The notes: a model not told the origin generated them from the letters alone. Shown: positions 52,159 through 63,144, counted from the first letter of the stretch. The stretch: DNA of 64,000 nucleotides from an uncultured delta proteobacterium (GCA_963695875.1 CAVOID010000010.1:32001-96000), one strand, 5' to 3'. Translations and numbers: made by a program.

Positions 52159-54318
52159 TTATTTTTTTGGATCACCGGTTGCTTCAAGGATTATTCTGCA
52201 GTCAGCTACGGTAGTTCCCTGTCCTTCTCTGTAAGCCATCAGCGGATTTATATCCATTTCTTTGATTTCAGGGTGGTTGACGACCATATTCGATAAACTT
52301 ACTACAGCTTTTTCGAGTGCTTCAATATCCGACTTCGGCCGCCCTCTAAATCCCATGAGGAGTCTATAGCCCTTGATCTGCTGGACCATTCTATGGGCTT
52401 CATTCCTCAATATCGGAGCGAGACGAAACACCACATCCTGAAAAACCTCAACAAATATTCCGCCGAGACCGAACATTAAGAGGGGACCGAAATTAGTTCG
52501 ATTCATCCCAATAATTACCTCTTCTCCCTGCATGGCCATTTTCTGGATCATGACCCCATCAATTTCAGCATCAGGTCTGAACTTCTTCGCATTCTCTATT
52601 ATCTCACGAAAGGCCGTCTGTGCTTCCGCTCTGTTTTTAATTCCTACGATAACCCCTTGTACTTCTGTCTTGTGGAGAATCTGCCCGGAAACAATCTTCA
52701 TGACCACCGGGAATGTCATACCATCTGCAATATCCGCAGCCTCATTTTCACTTCTCGCAAGCTGTGACGGCAGCACATTAAAACCGTAACACTTCAGGAG
52801 TCCGACACAATCCGATTCACACAGATGGGTCTCTCCTTGGGCAAGACTTCTTGCAATTATGGCTGCCGCCCCTTCTCTGTCATGCTTTAACGCAAACTGT
52901 GGGAGATGTTCTCTGTTCAACCAATGGGAGTACCGGTAGAGCACTCCGAAGGCCTTTGCTGCATTTTCCGGAAATCTGTAAACAGGAAAACCATTCTCCT
53001 GGAGATATTTCACGCCCGCGGAAACGTCGACAATACCCATAAAGCAGCATATGATCGGTTTCTGCGCTCCTCTCGCAACCCGCACAATGGCCTGTGCTGT
53101 GCCCAAGGCATTTGTCATGGATTGAGGTGTCAGAATAACAAGGGCTCCATCGACCCCTTTGTCCCTGATCACTGCTCTGAGGGCATTCTCATAGCGGTCG
53201 TAAGAGGCATCGCCGATGACATCGATTGGGTTGTGAATATTAGCTGTCAAAGGCAGGTGGCTCGCCAGATCCTCAATCGTATCTTTCTGGAATTCAGCAA
53301 GTACCAGGTCGGATGACACTGTCATGTCCGTTGCCAGTATCCCCGGTCCACCCGCATTGGTAACAATGGCAACACGATTTCCTTTTGGCAGTATCCTTGT
53401 GCGCTTTCCCAGTTTGCTCTCCTGCTTATAGGAAAATACATTTGCATAATCAAAAAGCTCATCGATGGAGTCAGCCCGGATTATGCCTGCCTGCTTGAAA
53501 ATAGCATCGTATACAGCATCACGTCCAGCCAGGGCGCCTGTATGAGACGCCGCTGCCAGGGCGCCTGCCTTTGTCCTTCCTGACTTAATGGCCAAAACCG
53601 GTGTAGGTCTCGCCCCCGATGTAATCTCTTTTACGGCTGATATGAATTCGGCCCCCTTGCGAAGTGCTTCTATGTATAGCATGACAACCGCAGTATCAGG
53701 ATCTTCGTGAAAGTACTGCAAAAGATCCAGCTCATCGACATCCGCCTTATTGCCTATGGAAATAAACTTGGAAAACCCGATGTCCCTGTCTGCCGCGAAA
53801 TCGAGGACTGCCGTACATAGGGCTCCACTCTGGGATATAAAAGAAATATTGCCGGGCGACGGCATACGAGCTGAGAAACTGGCATTCAAACTGACGGTAG
53901 GAATAGGATTTATGACTCCGAGACAGTTGGGACCAACGAGTCGAACTCCCGCGGCTCTGCAGACGGAGACTATCCTTTCTTCGATCTCAAGCCCTTCACC
54001 CCCGACTTCCCGAAAACCTGAAGAAACAATAACGAACCCCTTTATTCCCTTTTTAATGCCTTCTTCTACTGCAGCGAGAGAAACCTGGGGGGGAAGAATT
54101 ATTATTCCAAGATCCACACGATCGGGTATGTCAGTGATCGAAGGGTAGGCTTTGACACTCAGAATTGACTTGGCCTTGGGATTGACAGGATACAGTGTAC
54201 CCTGGTAGCGGCCACTCAAGATGTTGGCAAAAATATCATGTCCCACTTTTCCGGGCGTGTTAGAGGCGCCTATAATAGCAACTGATTCCGGCGAAAAAAT
54301 AGCATCAAGACCGTTCAT
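52159..54318 (-). CDS. Acetate--CoA ligase (ADP-forming), fused alpha/beta
   Basis: GPNCLG, SQSGA, SHTGALAG (phospho-His), NPID, ATP-grasp C-terminus. Confidence 0.9.
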   Translation of the reverse strand: MNGLDAIFSPESVAIIGASNTPGKVGHDIFANILSGRYQGTLYPVNPKAKSILSVKAYPSITDIPDRVDLGIIILPPQVSLAAVEEGIKKGIKGFVIVSSGFREVGGEGLEIEERIVSVCRAAGVRLVGPNCLGVINPIPTVSLNASFSARMPSPGNISFISQSGALCTAVLDFAADRDIGFSKFISIGNKADVDELDLLQYFHEDPDTAVVMLYIEALRKGAEFISAVKEITSGARPTPVLAIKSGRTKAGALAAASHTGALAGRDAVYDAIFKQAGIIRADSIDELFDYANVFSYKQESKLGKRTRILPKGNRVAIVTNAGGPGILATDMTVSSDLVLAEFQKDTIEDLASHLPLTANIHNPIDVIGDASYDRYENALRAVIRDKGVDGALVILTPQSMTNALGTAQAIVRVARGAQKPIICCFMGIVDVSAGVKYLQENGFPVYRFPENAAKAFGVLYRYSHWLNREHLPQFALKHDREGAAAIIARSLAQGETHLCESDCVGLLKCYGFNVLPSQLARSENEAADIADGMTFPVVMKIVSGQILHKTEVQGVIVGIKNRAEAQTAFREIIENAKKFRPDAEIDGVMIQKMAMQGEEVIIGMNRTNFGPLLMFGLGGIFVEVFQDVVFRLAPILRNEAHRMVQQIKGYRLLMGFRGRPKSDIEALEKAVVSLSNMVVNHPEIKEMDINPLMAYREGQGTTVADCRIILEATGDPKK

Positions 54319-54325
54319 TTTCCCA

Positions 54326-55688
54326 CTACCTTCCTTTGTTAATTATTTCCTCATTTTTAGGGCTTATCAGCACGGTCATACCCAGAACACCACTCATCAG
54401 ATCGCTCTCGGGAGTGCCGCCATCATGGAGTTCGAGACCCGGATGAATCGTGGTTATGGCTGCGTGGCCGACTATTCTTCTGCTTTCCCTGCCCAGTAAA
54501 TCCTTCGTTCTGACTCCCCAGAAATTATGAAATATGAGGGCCTTGCCCTGATAGCCTCCGATGTACAACATAATATGTCCTCTGCGCCAAATCAAGGTGA
54601 GATAAGGCACCCCCTGTTTCAGGATCATCCATTTCCTTCTCTGCCGGAGAAAGTTTCCGTAGGTCTATGAATGTGCCACCCTCTCTTGCCTGATCCGCCG
54701 AATTCCTCGGTAACCACAGCCCGAAGGGTGTAAACAGGTCCTTGATCATAGCCGAACAGTCTCTGTTCTGATACAAGCCCCCCCAGCCATAAGGTTCATT
54801 GATCAGTCCATTGGCCAGATTAGCAATATTAAAGGTCGTCAATCTCAGGGGTTTTGAAGCTGCGTCTTCTTTCGAAACAACGGCGCTTTTCATAAATGCC
54901 TTGCCATTTTCATCCGCCACGGCCACGAGCAGCTTGATGCTTTTTGTATCTTCCTCGATTTTTGGAAACACCGATCCTAATGGAGCTTTAAAAAGAAAAC
55001 GTCCTTCTCCATCATATACCGGGATTTTATCCCTTATAATAACCGCGTAATTGCCCCTTTCCCAGGTTCTTACGAAATTTTCATCCACAGAGGCCACACT
55101 TCTTACCGACATCCATCCCACAGCATATGGTGTTTCAGCCAAAACCCAGGCCTTATCCTTAGTCATATGGGATATAAAAACGGGGGTATTGGCGGCAATA
55201 GATGACTCTTGAAGGTTATCAAAGGGATATCCGCGATATGAATTATCTGAATCATAAAAATGGGGCTTATGGGTAGGAAGAACTCTCAAATCAGTATTAT
55301 CGATGGTGATGGCTAAGAAACCGCTATTCGGATAAGCCTCCAGATGGGCATTGGCAGCTAAATCTTTTATCCACGACTTCTCATGTTTTCTTCTATTTTC
55401 TCCATAACCTAAACTATTCCCGTATTTTTTAAATCCCGATTCAACTATGTCCAGCTGATAGAAGGGTTTCTCCCGATGCCAGGGAGAAAAATACAGGGCA
55501 TCATAATTGGCATCCATCTTTTTTTGGTAAACGGCAGTTATCAGCTCACGATCGGAAACAGATTTATCAATATAATACATGTGGTCCTGTTTGAGATCCC
55601 GGATGTCTCTGATCGTTTCAGGAACTCCTGCACATGCATATAAGAGAAAAATAAGGATAAAGAATATAGGGATATTATTAAATCTCAT
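54326..55688 (-). pseudogene. NlpC/P60 peptidase lipoprotein with SH3 domains; frameshift near 54628 (likely assembly error)
   Basis: Lipobox LYAC, PYGWGG...RDCSA, LPRNS; GHIMLYIG in the second frame. Confidence 0.85.
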
Positions 55689-55885
55689 AGATAACGGTGC
55701 TTCAAACCATCATATTATTTTTACATATTAGGCATTTTTTCCAATAGATGCAATACTTTTATGCACCATTTGCTGACCTCTGATCAAAGCCTTTCGATAG
55801 ATATTTTTATGGCATTCCCTATAAAAGATTGGTATTATAATATCACAAAACATACATCTTTTATTCAGAAAGGAGGGAATGACAC

Positions 55886-56371
55886 ATGGTTTCGGTAGAT
55901 CTGCTCAAGAATTTTGGTTTTTTCAAAGGGTTCAGTGATGGTGAGTTAAAGAAATTCGCGGATATCGCTACTGAAGAGACTTATAAAGCCGGTGTCCAGA
56001 TTTACAAAAAGGGAGAGCCGGCAAAGAACCTCTCCCTGCTGGAAGAGGGAAAGGTCCTCATGACATTGGAAACTTATGTAGGACCCCAAAGACCCCCGAT
56101 GCAGGTTACCGTTGATATTGTCACGAAGGGTGAAGCCATGGGATGGTCGGCAGTGGTTGAACCTTACGTCTATACCCTGGGGGCTCGCTGTATCGACGAT
56201 TCGAGACTAATTAATATTGACTCTGCGAAATTGAGGGAAGTTCTAACTGCAGACAAAGCCCTGGGTTTTAAATTCATGCATGCCACTGCGAAAGTAATAG
56301 CCACCCGTCTTACCCATACCGAGATTATACTGGTTGGTGAGAGAGGACTTTCTGTTCTTTCTGAGATGTGA
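55886..56371 (+). CDS. Stand-alone cyclic-nucleotide-binding domain protein
   Basis: FFKGFS..EL, IYKKGEPA, GEAMGWSAV; no HTH domain. Confidence 0.85.
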   Translation: MVSVDLLKNFGFFKGFSDGELKKFADIATEETYKAGVQIYKKGEPAKNLSLLEEGKVLMTLETYVGPQRPPMQVTVDIVTKGEAMGWSAVVEPYVYTLGARCIDDSRLINIDSAKLREVLTADKALGFKFMHATAKVIATRLTHTEIILVGERGLSVLSEM

Positions 56372-56386
56372 TGGAGGAGAGTAGTC

Positions 56387-56602
56387 ATGGCAGAAGAGAT
56401 CATAATTTACGGCAAGGGGGGTTGACCGTTTACAGACCAGGCCCGGGCGGCTTACGGAAAAAAGGCAAAGTATGTTGATGTGAAATCCGATGGCGCAAAG
56501 TTGCAGGAGATGCTCAAGCTCTCCGGCGGCGTTCGGCAGGTTCCGGTCATCATGGAGAATGGTAAAGTAACTGTCGGCTATGGGGGTTCCTGAGGTGTAT
56601 GA
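56387..56602 (+). CDS. Glutaredoxin-like selenoprotein with two Sec (UXX-star type), 71 aa
   Basis: GGAGGAG RBS; MAEEIIIYGKGG-U-PFT...RQVPVI.ENGKVTVGYGGS-U-GV*; TGA at 56423 and 56591, each followed by a hairpin. Confidence 0.85.
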
Positions 56603-56604
56603 TG

Positions 56605-56621
56605 GCCGATAGGTAATCGGC
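56605..56621 (+). promoter_or_regulatory. Candidate SECIS hairpin for UGA 56591
   Basis: gccgat-aggta-atcggc starting 11 nt after the UGA. Confidence 0.65.
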
Positions 56622-56828
56622 TTCCCGACATTATTCTGACAAACTGGGGGACAATGTCCCTCAGCTTATATTATTAATACAGCAATAAAGCATATCAAAC
56701 CGGATAACCAACTAAAAACTTCGTGTATGATACACGGATCTGATACCTCATGGCAGGACATGCTATGGGGTAGTTCATTTTGGTCTAATAGAAAAATTTA
56801 AAATATCAGGGAGGTTCAATAGACAAGC

Positions 56829-58292
56829 ATGCTTAGTAAACCCCTAAGGTTTTTCTTAATTATTTTTCTGGTTTCTTTAACGTTATTCCCCCTTGCAGAT
56901 TATCCTTTATCTTCCCGGGAATCGATTCTGGGTCAGGCCTTTGCCGCTACTGCTGGAAAGGTGGCAGGAACACCTGTTTCTTTTGCTGACCTCGTGGAAA
57001 AATGGAGACCAACTGTCGTAAATATCAGTACAACGACCATTGTAAAAGGCCGACAGGGTAATCCCTTGGGAAACGAAATGCCTTTTCAAAGGTTTTTCGG
57101 TAAGGATGACTTTTTCAGAAGGTTTTTTGAAGATGCGCCTGAACGGGAATTTAAGCAGCGAAGCCTTGGATCAGGATTCATCATTTCCAGTGACGGCTAC
57201 ATATTTACCAATAATCATGTTGTTGAAAAAGCCAATAAGATAAAGGTCAAACTTTCCACCGGCAAGGAATACGATGCGGAAGTCAAAGGCAAAGATCCGA
57301 CAACCGATATAGCCCTGATAAAGATAAACCCGGAAAATAGTCTTCCTGTCGTAAAGTTTGGTGATTCTGACAAATTACGGACAGGCGACTGGGTTTTTGC
57401 CATCGGCAACCCTTTCGGTCTGGAACACACGGTCACAGCAGGAATAGTCAGTGCCAAGGGACGTGTCATAGGTTCAGGGCCGTATGACAATTTTATCCAG
57501 ACGGATGCTTCCATAAATCCCGGTAACAGCGGTGGTCCTCTCTTCAACCTTGACGGAGAAGTTATCGGCATCAACGCCGCTATTGTCGCCCAAGGACATG
57601 GGATTGGTTTTGCCATACCGATTAACACGGCAAAAAGTATTCTCGCCGATCTCAAGACCAAGGGAAGTGTTACCCGCGGCTGGTTAGGAATTTCCATACA
57701 GGATATTACAGAGGATATTGCTGAAAATTTGAAGCTGAAGGATACCAATGGCGCCCTTGTAGGTCATGTTTTTGAGGGTGATCCCGCAGACAAGGCCGGT
57801 ATTAAGACAGGAGATATCATTATCGAAATCGTCGGTACGAAAATTCAGGACACGCATGAACTGATGAGAATTGTTGCTGCTCAGACGGTTGGGGAAAAAG
57901 TTAAGATCAAAATTGTACGCGATGGCCAGGAGAAGATACTTCAGGTGACTATCGGCGAAAGAAGAGAAGAGCGGGAAATCGCAAGCAAAGGCAAGATCGG
58001 CGAGATTTACGGCATGGCAGTTCAAGAAATTACGCCGGAATTAGCAAGACATTTTGGACTGGCCGATCAAACCGGGGTTATCATCGCCCAGATACAGGAG
58101 GGAAGTCCTGCTGATGATGCCGGCTTGAAGATTCAGGATATTATTCTCCAGGTCAATAAGGTAAGAATTTCTTCCGTTAAAGATTTTCTAAATGAAATTA
58201 AGAAAAATAATGAGGGGGGAACGGTATTACTTTTAATCAAGAGGGGAGAGATGACCTTCTTCGTAACGTTAAAGAAAGGGGTAACGAAATAA
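56829..58292 (+). CDS. DegQ/DegP (Do) serine endoprotease
   Basis: GSGFI, TNNHV, DIAL, INPGNSGGPL, two PDZ domains. Confidence 0.93.
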   Translation: MLSKPLRFFLIIFLVSLTLFPLADYPLSSRESILGQAFAATAGKVAGTPVSFADLVEKWRPTVVNISTTTIVKGRQGNPLGNEMPFQRFFGKDDFFRRFFEDAPEREFKQRSLGSGFIISSDGYIFTNNHVVEKANKIKVKLSTGKEYDAEVKGKDPTTDIALIKINPENSLPVVKFGDSDKLRTGDWVFAIGNPFGLEHTVTAGIVSAKGRVIGSGPYDNFIQTDASINPGNSGGPLFNLDGEVIGINAAIVAQGHGIGFAIPINTAKSILADLKTKGSVTRGWLGISIQDITEDIAENLKLKDTNGALVGHVFEGDPADKAGIKTGDIIIEIVGTKIQDTHELMRIVAAQTVGEKVKIKIVRDGQEKILQVTIGERREEREIASKGKIGEIYGMAVQEITPELARHFGLADQTGVIIAQIQEGSPADDAGLKIQDIILQVNKVRISSVKDFLNEIKKNNEGGTVLLLIKRGEMTFFVTLKKGVTK

Positions 58293-58425
58293 TCATCCTT
58301 TGTATTGACATAAAACAAACAAGCTGATAATGAGCCAACCATGCCCTTGTATATGCCGTTAGTGTCATTCCGATAATATCGCCGCTCACATCGCGAAAGG
58401 GGACAATGAATTCTAGGAGGGGGAA

Positions 58426-58974
58426 ATGAAACATCTTGTTCCCACAAAGATTTTTTTTACAAAGGGTGTCGGTACACATAAGGATGAACTCCACTCATTC
58501 GAGCGAGCACTGAGAGACGCAGATATAGAGATGTTTAACCTTGTTCAGGTATCGAGTATCTTCCCGCCGCATTGCAAAATGGTCTCAAAAACACAGGGGC
58601 TGAAAGAAATGGTGCCTGGTGGATTGACCTTCTGTGTCTTGAGCCGCTGCTGCAGTAATGAACCGAAGCGACTTCTGGCCGCTTCTGTCGGATGTGCCAT
58701 CCCGGCAGATACAAAATCCTACGGATATATTAGCGAACACCATGCATACGGTCAGACGGAGAAACAGGCCGGGGACTATGCCGAAGATCTCGCTGCCGCC
58801 ATGTTGGCATCAACACTGGGCATCGATTTTAATGTCGATGAAAGCTGGGATGAGAAAAAAGAGATCTTCAAAATCAGCGGGAAGATCGTCAGAACGCGCA
58901 ATGTGACGCAGTCTGCAATTGTTAAGAATGGAGGATACACTACCGTCGTTGCTGCTGCAGTATTCGTTTTCTGA
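58426..58974 (+). CDS. pdaD: Pyruvoyl-dependent arginine decarboxylase
   Basis: [19 protein letters not shown] (Ser-Ser cleavage site), GYISEH. Confidence 0.88.
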   Translation: MKHLVPTKIFFTKGVGTHKDELHSFERALRDADIEMFNLVQVSSIFPPHCKMVSKTQGLKEMVPGGLTFCVLSRCCSNEPKRLLAASVGCAIPADTKSYGYISEHHAYGQTEKQAGDYAEDLAAAMLASTLGIDFNVDESWDEKKEIFKISGKIVRTRNVTQSAIVKNGGYTTVVAAAVFVF

Positions 58975-59018
58975 TTTATTGTTGATGAACTCGTAAAAAG
59001 TCGAAAATGTAGCTGAGG

Positions 59019-59852
59019 ATGGGCGGGAACAAATTTAGAAAAGGCCGTCCCTTTTCTCCGGTTTATTTCTTTTTACGCGATAATCAAATGATAAGTGTAT
59101 TCATAAAAAAGACCGCTGAGATCCTACACACTTCTCTATTTATTGTCATCTCCCTCACTATTCTATTAATCCAATCAACGGAACCCTCGGTCTTTGCTCA
59201 GAAGTCCGATGATACTACCTTCCTCGAGCAAAGAATATCGATGGTAAAAACCCAGATTGTGGAAAGGGGCGTTAATGATCCCCACGTGATCGGGGCGATG
59301 AAGTCCGTTCCACGCCATAAATTTGTTCCTGATAAGTATATCACCAGCGCTTACGACGACAACCCACTACCCATCGGATACGGACAAACCATTTCTCAGC
59401 CGTACATTGTAGCGTACATGACGGAAGTTTTGAATCTGAGAAAGACCAGTACGGTTTTAGAAGTAGGTACCGGATCTGGCTACCAGGCGGCAATACTCTC
59501 CCCTATTGTCAAGCAGGTCTATACGATTGAGATCATTTCTGAACTGGCAAAATCAGCAGCTATTCGCCTGAAAGATTTAGGCTATGATAATGTCGAAGTC
59601 GCAATCGGTGATGGCTATTATGGCTGGAATAAATACGCCCCCTTTGATGCGATCATTGTCACTGCGGCAGCCGGACACATTCCACCGCCCCTGCTGGAAC
59701 AGCTCAAAAATAATGGCAGAATGGTCATACCGGTAGGAGGTTCCTTCACAGTTCAGAATCTCATCCTGATCAGTAAGGATGGGGATGGCAATATAACAAC
59801 CAGAAATCTGATACCGGTGCGATTCGTTCCCCTTACCGGAAGTCGCGATTAA
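59019..59852 (+). CDS. pcm: Protein-L-isoaspartate O-methyltransferase (start uncertain, possibly 59088)
   Basis: VPRHKFVP, GQTISQPY, VLEVGTGSGYQAA, VRFVPL. Confidence 0.92.
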   Translation: MGGNKFRKGRPFSPVYFFLRDNQMISVFIKKTAEILHTSLFIVISLTILLIQSTEPSVFAQKSDDTTFLEQRISMVKTQIVERGVNDPHVIGAMKSVPRHKFVPDKYITSAYDDNPLPIGYGQTISQPYIVAYMTEVLNLRKTSTVLEVGTGSGYQAAILSPIVKQVYTIEIISELAKSAAIRLKDLGYDNVEVAIGDGYYGWNKYAPFDAIIVTAAAGHIPPPLLEQLKNNGRMVIPVGGSFTVQNLILISKDGDGNITTRNLIPVRFVPLTGSRD

Positions 59853-59855
59853 TAT

Positions 59856-62264
59856 ATGGACGCCTGCCTCTCGTTAAAACGCATCCAGATTTCTGTCTTT
59901 CTGATTTCTGCGGCCCTCATCTCCTATCAGATACTCCTGATCAAGATGTTTTCCATACAGTACTGGTACCATTTTGCTTATCTTATCATCAGCATAGCCC
60001 TTTTAGGTTTCGGGGCGAGCGGTACTTTTATTTTTCTTTTTAAAAGACAGTTAAAGGATCATTTTCCGTCGGTCCTTTTCTTCTGTCCCCTTCTCCTCGC
60101 ATCGTCGATCTGGATGAACATCTACCTGAACCGGGAAATTGCTTTCAATCCACTGATGATTATCTGGAACAAATACGAAATCATTCGTCTCCTTATATTA
60201 AGCCTTTCCATCTTAGTCCCTTTTTTTTTAGGTGCACTTTGTATCGGGCTTAGTTTTATAGCCGCTTCCGATTACATTCATAGGATCTACTTTGCCAACT
60301 TAGCGGGTTCAGGTATGGGGAGCCTGATCGTTCTTTTAACCTTATTCCATATCAGACCTCATGGAATCATGCTTTTCATTTCGATGATCACAATCTGTGC
60401 GGCCCTGAGTGCAAGTACGAGTCGTATCAGGAAGGGAATCACCTGTGTTGCCGGAGTTGCAGTGATACTTCTCTATGTTTTCCTGTTCCGCCTCATGCCG
60501 CTCCCCATGAGCAGTTTCAAAGATCTTGTCCAGGCCGAGCATCTCATGGATACGAAAAAAGAAATGGAAGTCTTCGGCCCACTCGGTCTGGTTACCGTAC
60601 TGTCCAGCCCCGCTTACCACTATCTCCCCGACTTGAGCTTAAACTGTCCCTACCCCTTACCGCGACAGAAGGGACTCTTCCTGGATGGAAACACTGTCGG
60701 CCCCATCAATGAGTTCACTGGTGATTTAAATAATATTCATTTTATGGATTACCGGACGAACTCTCTTGCATACAAGCTTTTATATCACCCCGCTGTACTG
60801 ATTATCGGCGGCGGCTCCGGAACAGAAATACTCAATGCCGGTTACCATGCAGCCAAGAGCATCTCCGTTGTGGAAATGAATGCCGACATTGCTCATCTTA
60901 TGCAGAAACCTTACGGAACATATAGTGGAGACATATATAATCATGTAAATACAAATGTCCTTATTGAAGAAGGACGGGGATACCTGCAGAGGACAAAACA
61001 GCATTTTGATCTTATCGATATAAGCCTGCTCGAGTCTATGGGGACGGCTTCCGCCGGTGTTTACTCCCTTAATGAAAATTATCTTTTTACCACGGAAGCA
61101 ATAGCGGTTTGCCTGGAACGTCTCACGCCGGGAGGCATACTGAGCATCTCCACATGGATTAAGAATCCTCCAAGGGATAACATCAAGCTCCTTGCCACGG
61201 CAATTGAGGCCATAGAAGGACAAAAGAAAAATGTCCCTTCTCAATCGATAATCATGGTCAGGAGCTGGCAAACAGCCACTCTCCTGGTAAAAAACGGCGA
61301 CTTTGACGATAGAGACATGGCAGCCGTCAGGGAATTTTGTAAAAGCCGCCTTATCGATATTTCCTATCATCCGAGAGTTAAGAAAAGTGAAACTAATATC
61401 TTCAATAAGTTTGATGAAGACATTTTTTATTCCGCAGCGATCAAACTGCTATCACCTGAAAGAGAAAAGTTCTACGAAACATATCCATTTTATGTTAAAC
61501 CGGCCACAGATGACAGGCCCTTCTTCTCTCATTTTTTTAAAATTGACATGATGAAACAATATCTCAAATCATCCGACCGCGTCCTGATTCCTTTCCTGGA
61601 CTGGGGATATATTCTGGTATGGATAGCGGCATGCATTCTTTTTCTTATGGGCATGACTCTCATCCTGGCTCCCATGCCATTCCTACTTCCTTCCCAAAAG
61701 GGACTCTTTTCCATACTCATTTATTTCGGTTCTTTGGGAATGGCTTATATGTTTTTAGAAATATCCCTACTACAGCAGTTCATCCGCTACCTGTTTGACC
61801 CCATCTTCTCCGCAAGTGTTGTGATCGGCTCATTCCTCGTCTATTCAGGGATAGGAAGCCTGATTGCCGGAAAAGTCAGTCCGTTCAAATCGAAACACAT
61901 ATTCTGGTCCGTCCTTATAATTGGCATTACCGGCTTCATTTTCCTGACTTCTGACCGTTGGCTTCAGAGCATCCTCTCCGGATTACCTCTGTGGCTCAGA
62001 ATGCTTTCATGCAGCTTGATCATAGCACCACTTGCCATTCCCATGGGTATCCCATTCCCCTCGGGACTCAGCGAATTATCCGCGGGGAGGGAGGGCCTCA
62101 TTCCCTGGGCTTGGAGCATAAACGGGTTCTTCTCCGTCATAGGAAGTTCGACAACAGTGCTCATTGCCATAACGTGCGGCTTTAAATCTATTATTCTGAT
62201 GGCTGTCGTGCTCTATATACTGTCTGCATTCATGTTCACCCGGCTTAGAATGGGAGGAAGCTGA
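59856..62264 (+). CDS. Membrane protein with central spermidine synthase-like SAM-binding domain
   Basis: TM blocks flank VLIIGGGSG...VVEMN...EGR...ATDDRPFF. Confidence 0.8.
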   Translation: MDACLSLKRIQISVFLISAALISYQILLIKMFSIQYWYHFAYLIISIALLGFGASGTFIFLFKRQLKDHFPSVLFFCPLLLASSIWMNIYLNREIAFNPLMIIWNKYEIIRLLILSLSILVPFFLGALCIGLSFIAASDYIHRIYFANLAGSGMGSLIVLLTLFHIRPHGIMLFISMITICAALSASTSRIRKGITCVAGVAVILLYVFLFRLMPLPMSSFKDLVQAEHLMDTKKEMEVFGPLGLVTVLSSPAYHYLPDLSLNCPYPLPRQKGLFLDGNTVGPINEFTGDLNNIHFMDYRTNSLAYKLLYHPAVLIIGGGSGTEILNAGYHAAKSISVVEMNADIAHLMQKPYGTYSGDIYNHVNTNVLIEEGRGYLQRTKQHFDLIDISLLESMGTASAGVYSLNENYLFTTEAIAVCLERLTPGGILSISTWIKNPPRDNIKLLATAIEAIEGQKKNVPSQSIIMVRSWQTATLLVKNGDFDDRDMAAVREFCKSRLIDISYHPRVKKSETNIFNKFDEDIFYSAAIKLLSPEREKFYETYPFYVKPATDDRPFFSHFFKIDMMKQYLKSSDRVLIPFLDWGYILVWIAACILFLMGMTLILAPMPFLLPSQKGLFSILIYFGSLGMAYMFLEISLLQQFIRYLFDPIFSASVVIGSFLVYSGIGSLIAGKVSPFKSKHIFWSVLIIGITGFIFLTSDRWLQSILSGLPLWLRMLSCSLIIAPLAIPMGIPFPSGLSELSAGREGLIPWAWSINGFFSVIGSSTTVLIAITCGFKSIILMAVVLYILSAFMFTRLRMGGS

Positions 62265-62265
62265 T

Positions 62266-63144
62266 ATGCCTGTCGAAAAAGATGGCCTCGCAAAGCCCGT
62301 ATTAATGACTCAGAATGTTGGCGATGCCGATCTACCGTATCTCTTGTATGACGGCCATGGGCCAACCTTGATCCTCCTGCATGCAACAGGATTCTTGCCC
62401 TGGTTATGGCACCCGATTGCCACAGCGCTATCCCCATCATACAGAATCATCGCCCCCTACATCTGCGACTATCGGAAAGCAGATCCTGAAAAGGGGGGGC
62501 TCCACTGGATGACAGTCGCCAACGATATTGCCGCTCTTTGCAGAAAGAACAGTATCGAGAACCCTTTTCTGGTGGGGCATTCCATGGGGGCGACAGTTTC
62601 TATGATTGTACATGCCCTGTATGGCGTGAAGGCGAGGGCCATGATTCTAATAGAACCTATCTTCCTGCGTGATGATTTCTACAGCCTTCATTTCACTGTA
62701 AATGATCATCCGCTGGCTTCCAAAGCCTTGAAACGAAAAAATCGCTGGAAGAATCCATCTGAGGCTATGGGCTATCTCAAATCGAAATCACTCTTTAAGA
62801 ACTGGACACAGGAAATGCTGGAACTATATATTACATATGGAATGAAAGAGTCAAAAGAGGGCGGACTCGAATTAGTCTGCTCTCCCAAAACAGAAGCCGC
62901 CCTGTTTCTCGGCGGTGTGCAATACAACATATGGCCGCTTCTCTCAAAGGTTTCCTGTCCTGTTCTCGTCATCGAAGGAGAGAGCACCGACAGCAAAAAT
63001 TATATTGACATGGAACGCGCTGTTGCTGTGTTACCAAAAGCATCTCACATAATTGTTGCAGATGCCGGACATCTTATCCCCATGGAACAGCCGTCAAAAG
63101 TCGTGGCGATTATCGGAGATTTCTTCAGGAGTATACCGTTATAA
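62266..63144 (+). CDS. Alpha/beta hydrolase
   Basis: LLHATGF, GHSMG, AGHLIPMEQP. Confidence 0.87.
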   Translation: MPVEKDGLAKPVLMTQNVGDADLPYLLYDGHGPTLILLHATGFLPWLWHPIATALSPSYRIIAPYICDYRKADPEKGGLHWMTVANDIAALCRKNSIENPFLVGHSMGATVSMIVHALYGVKARAMILIEPIFLRDDFYSLHFTVNDHPLASKALKRKNRWKNPSEAMGYLKSKSLFKNWTQEMLELYITYGMKESKEGGLELVCSPKTEAALFLGGVQYNIWPLLSKVSCPVLVIEGESTDSKNYIDMERAVAVLPKASHIIVADAGHLIPMEQPSKVVAIIGDFFRSIPL

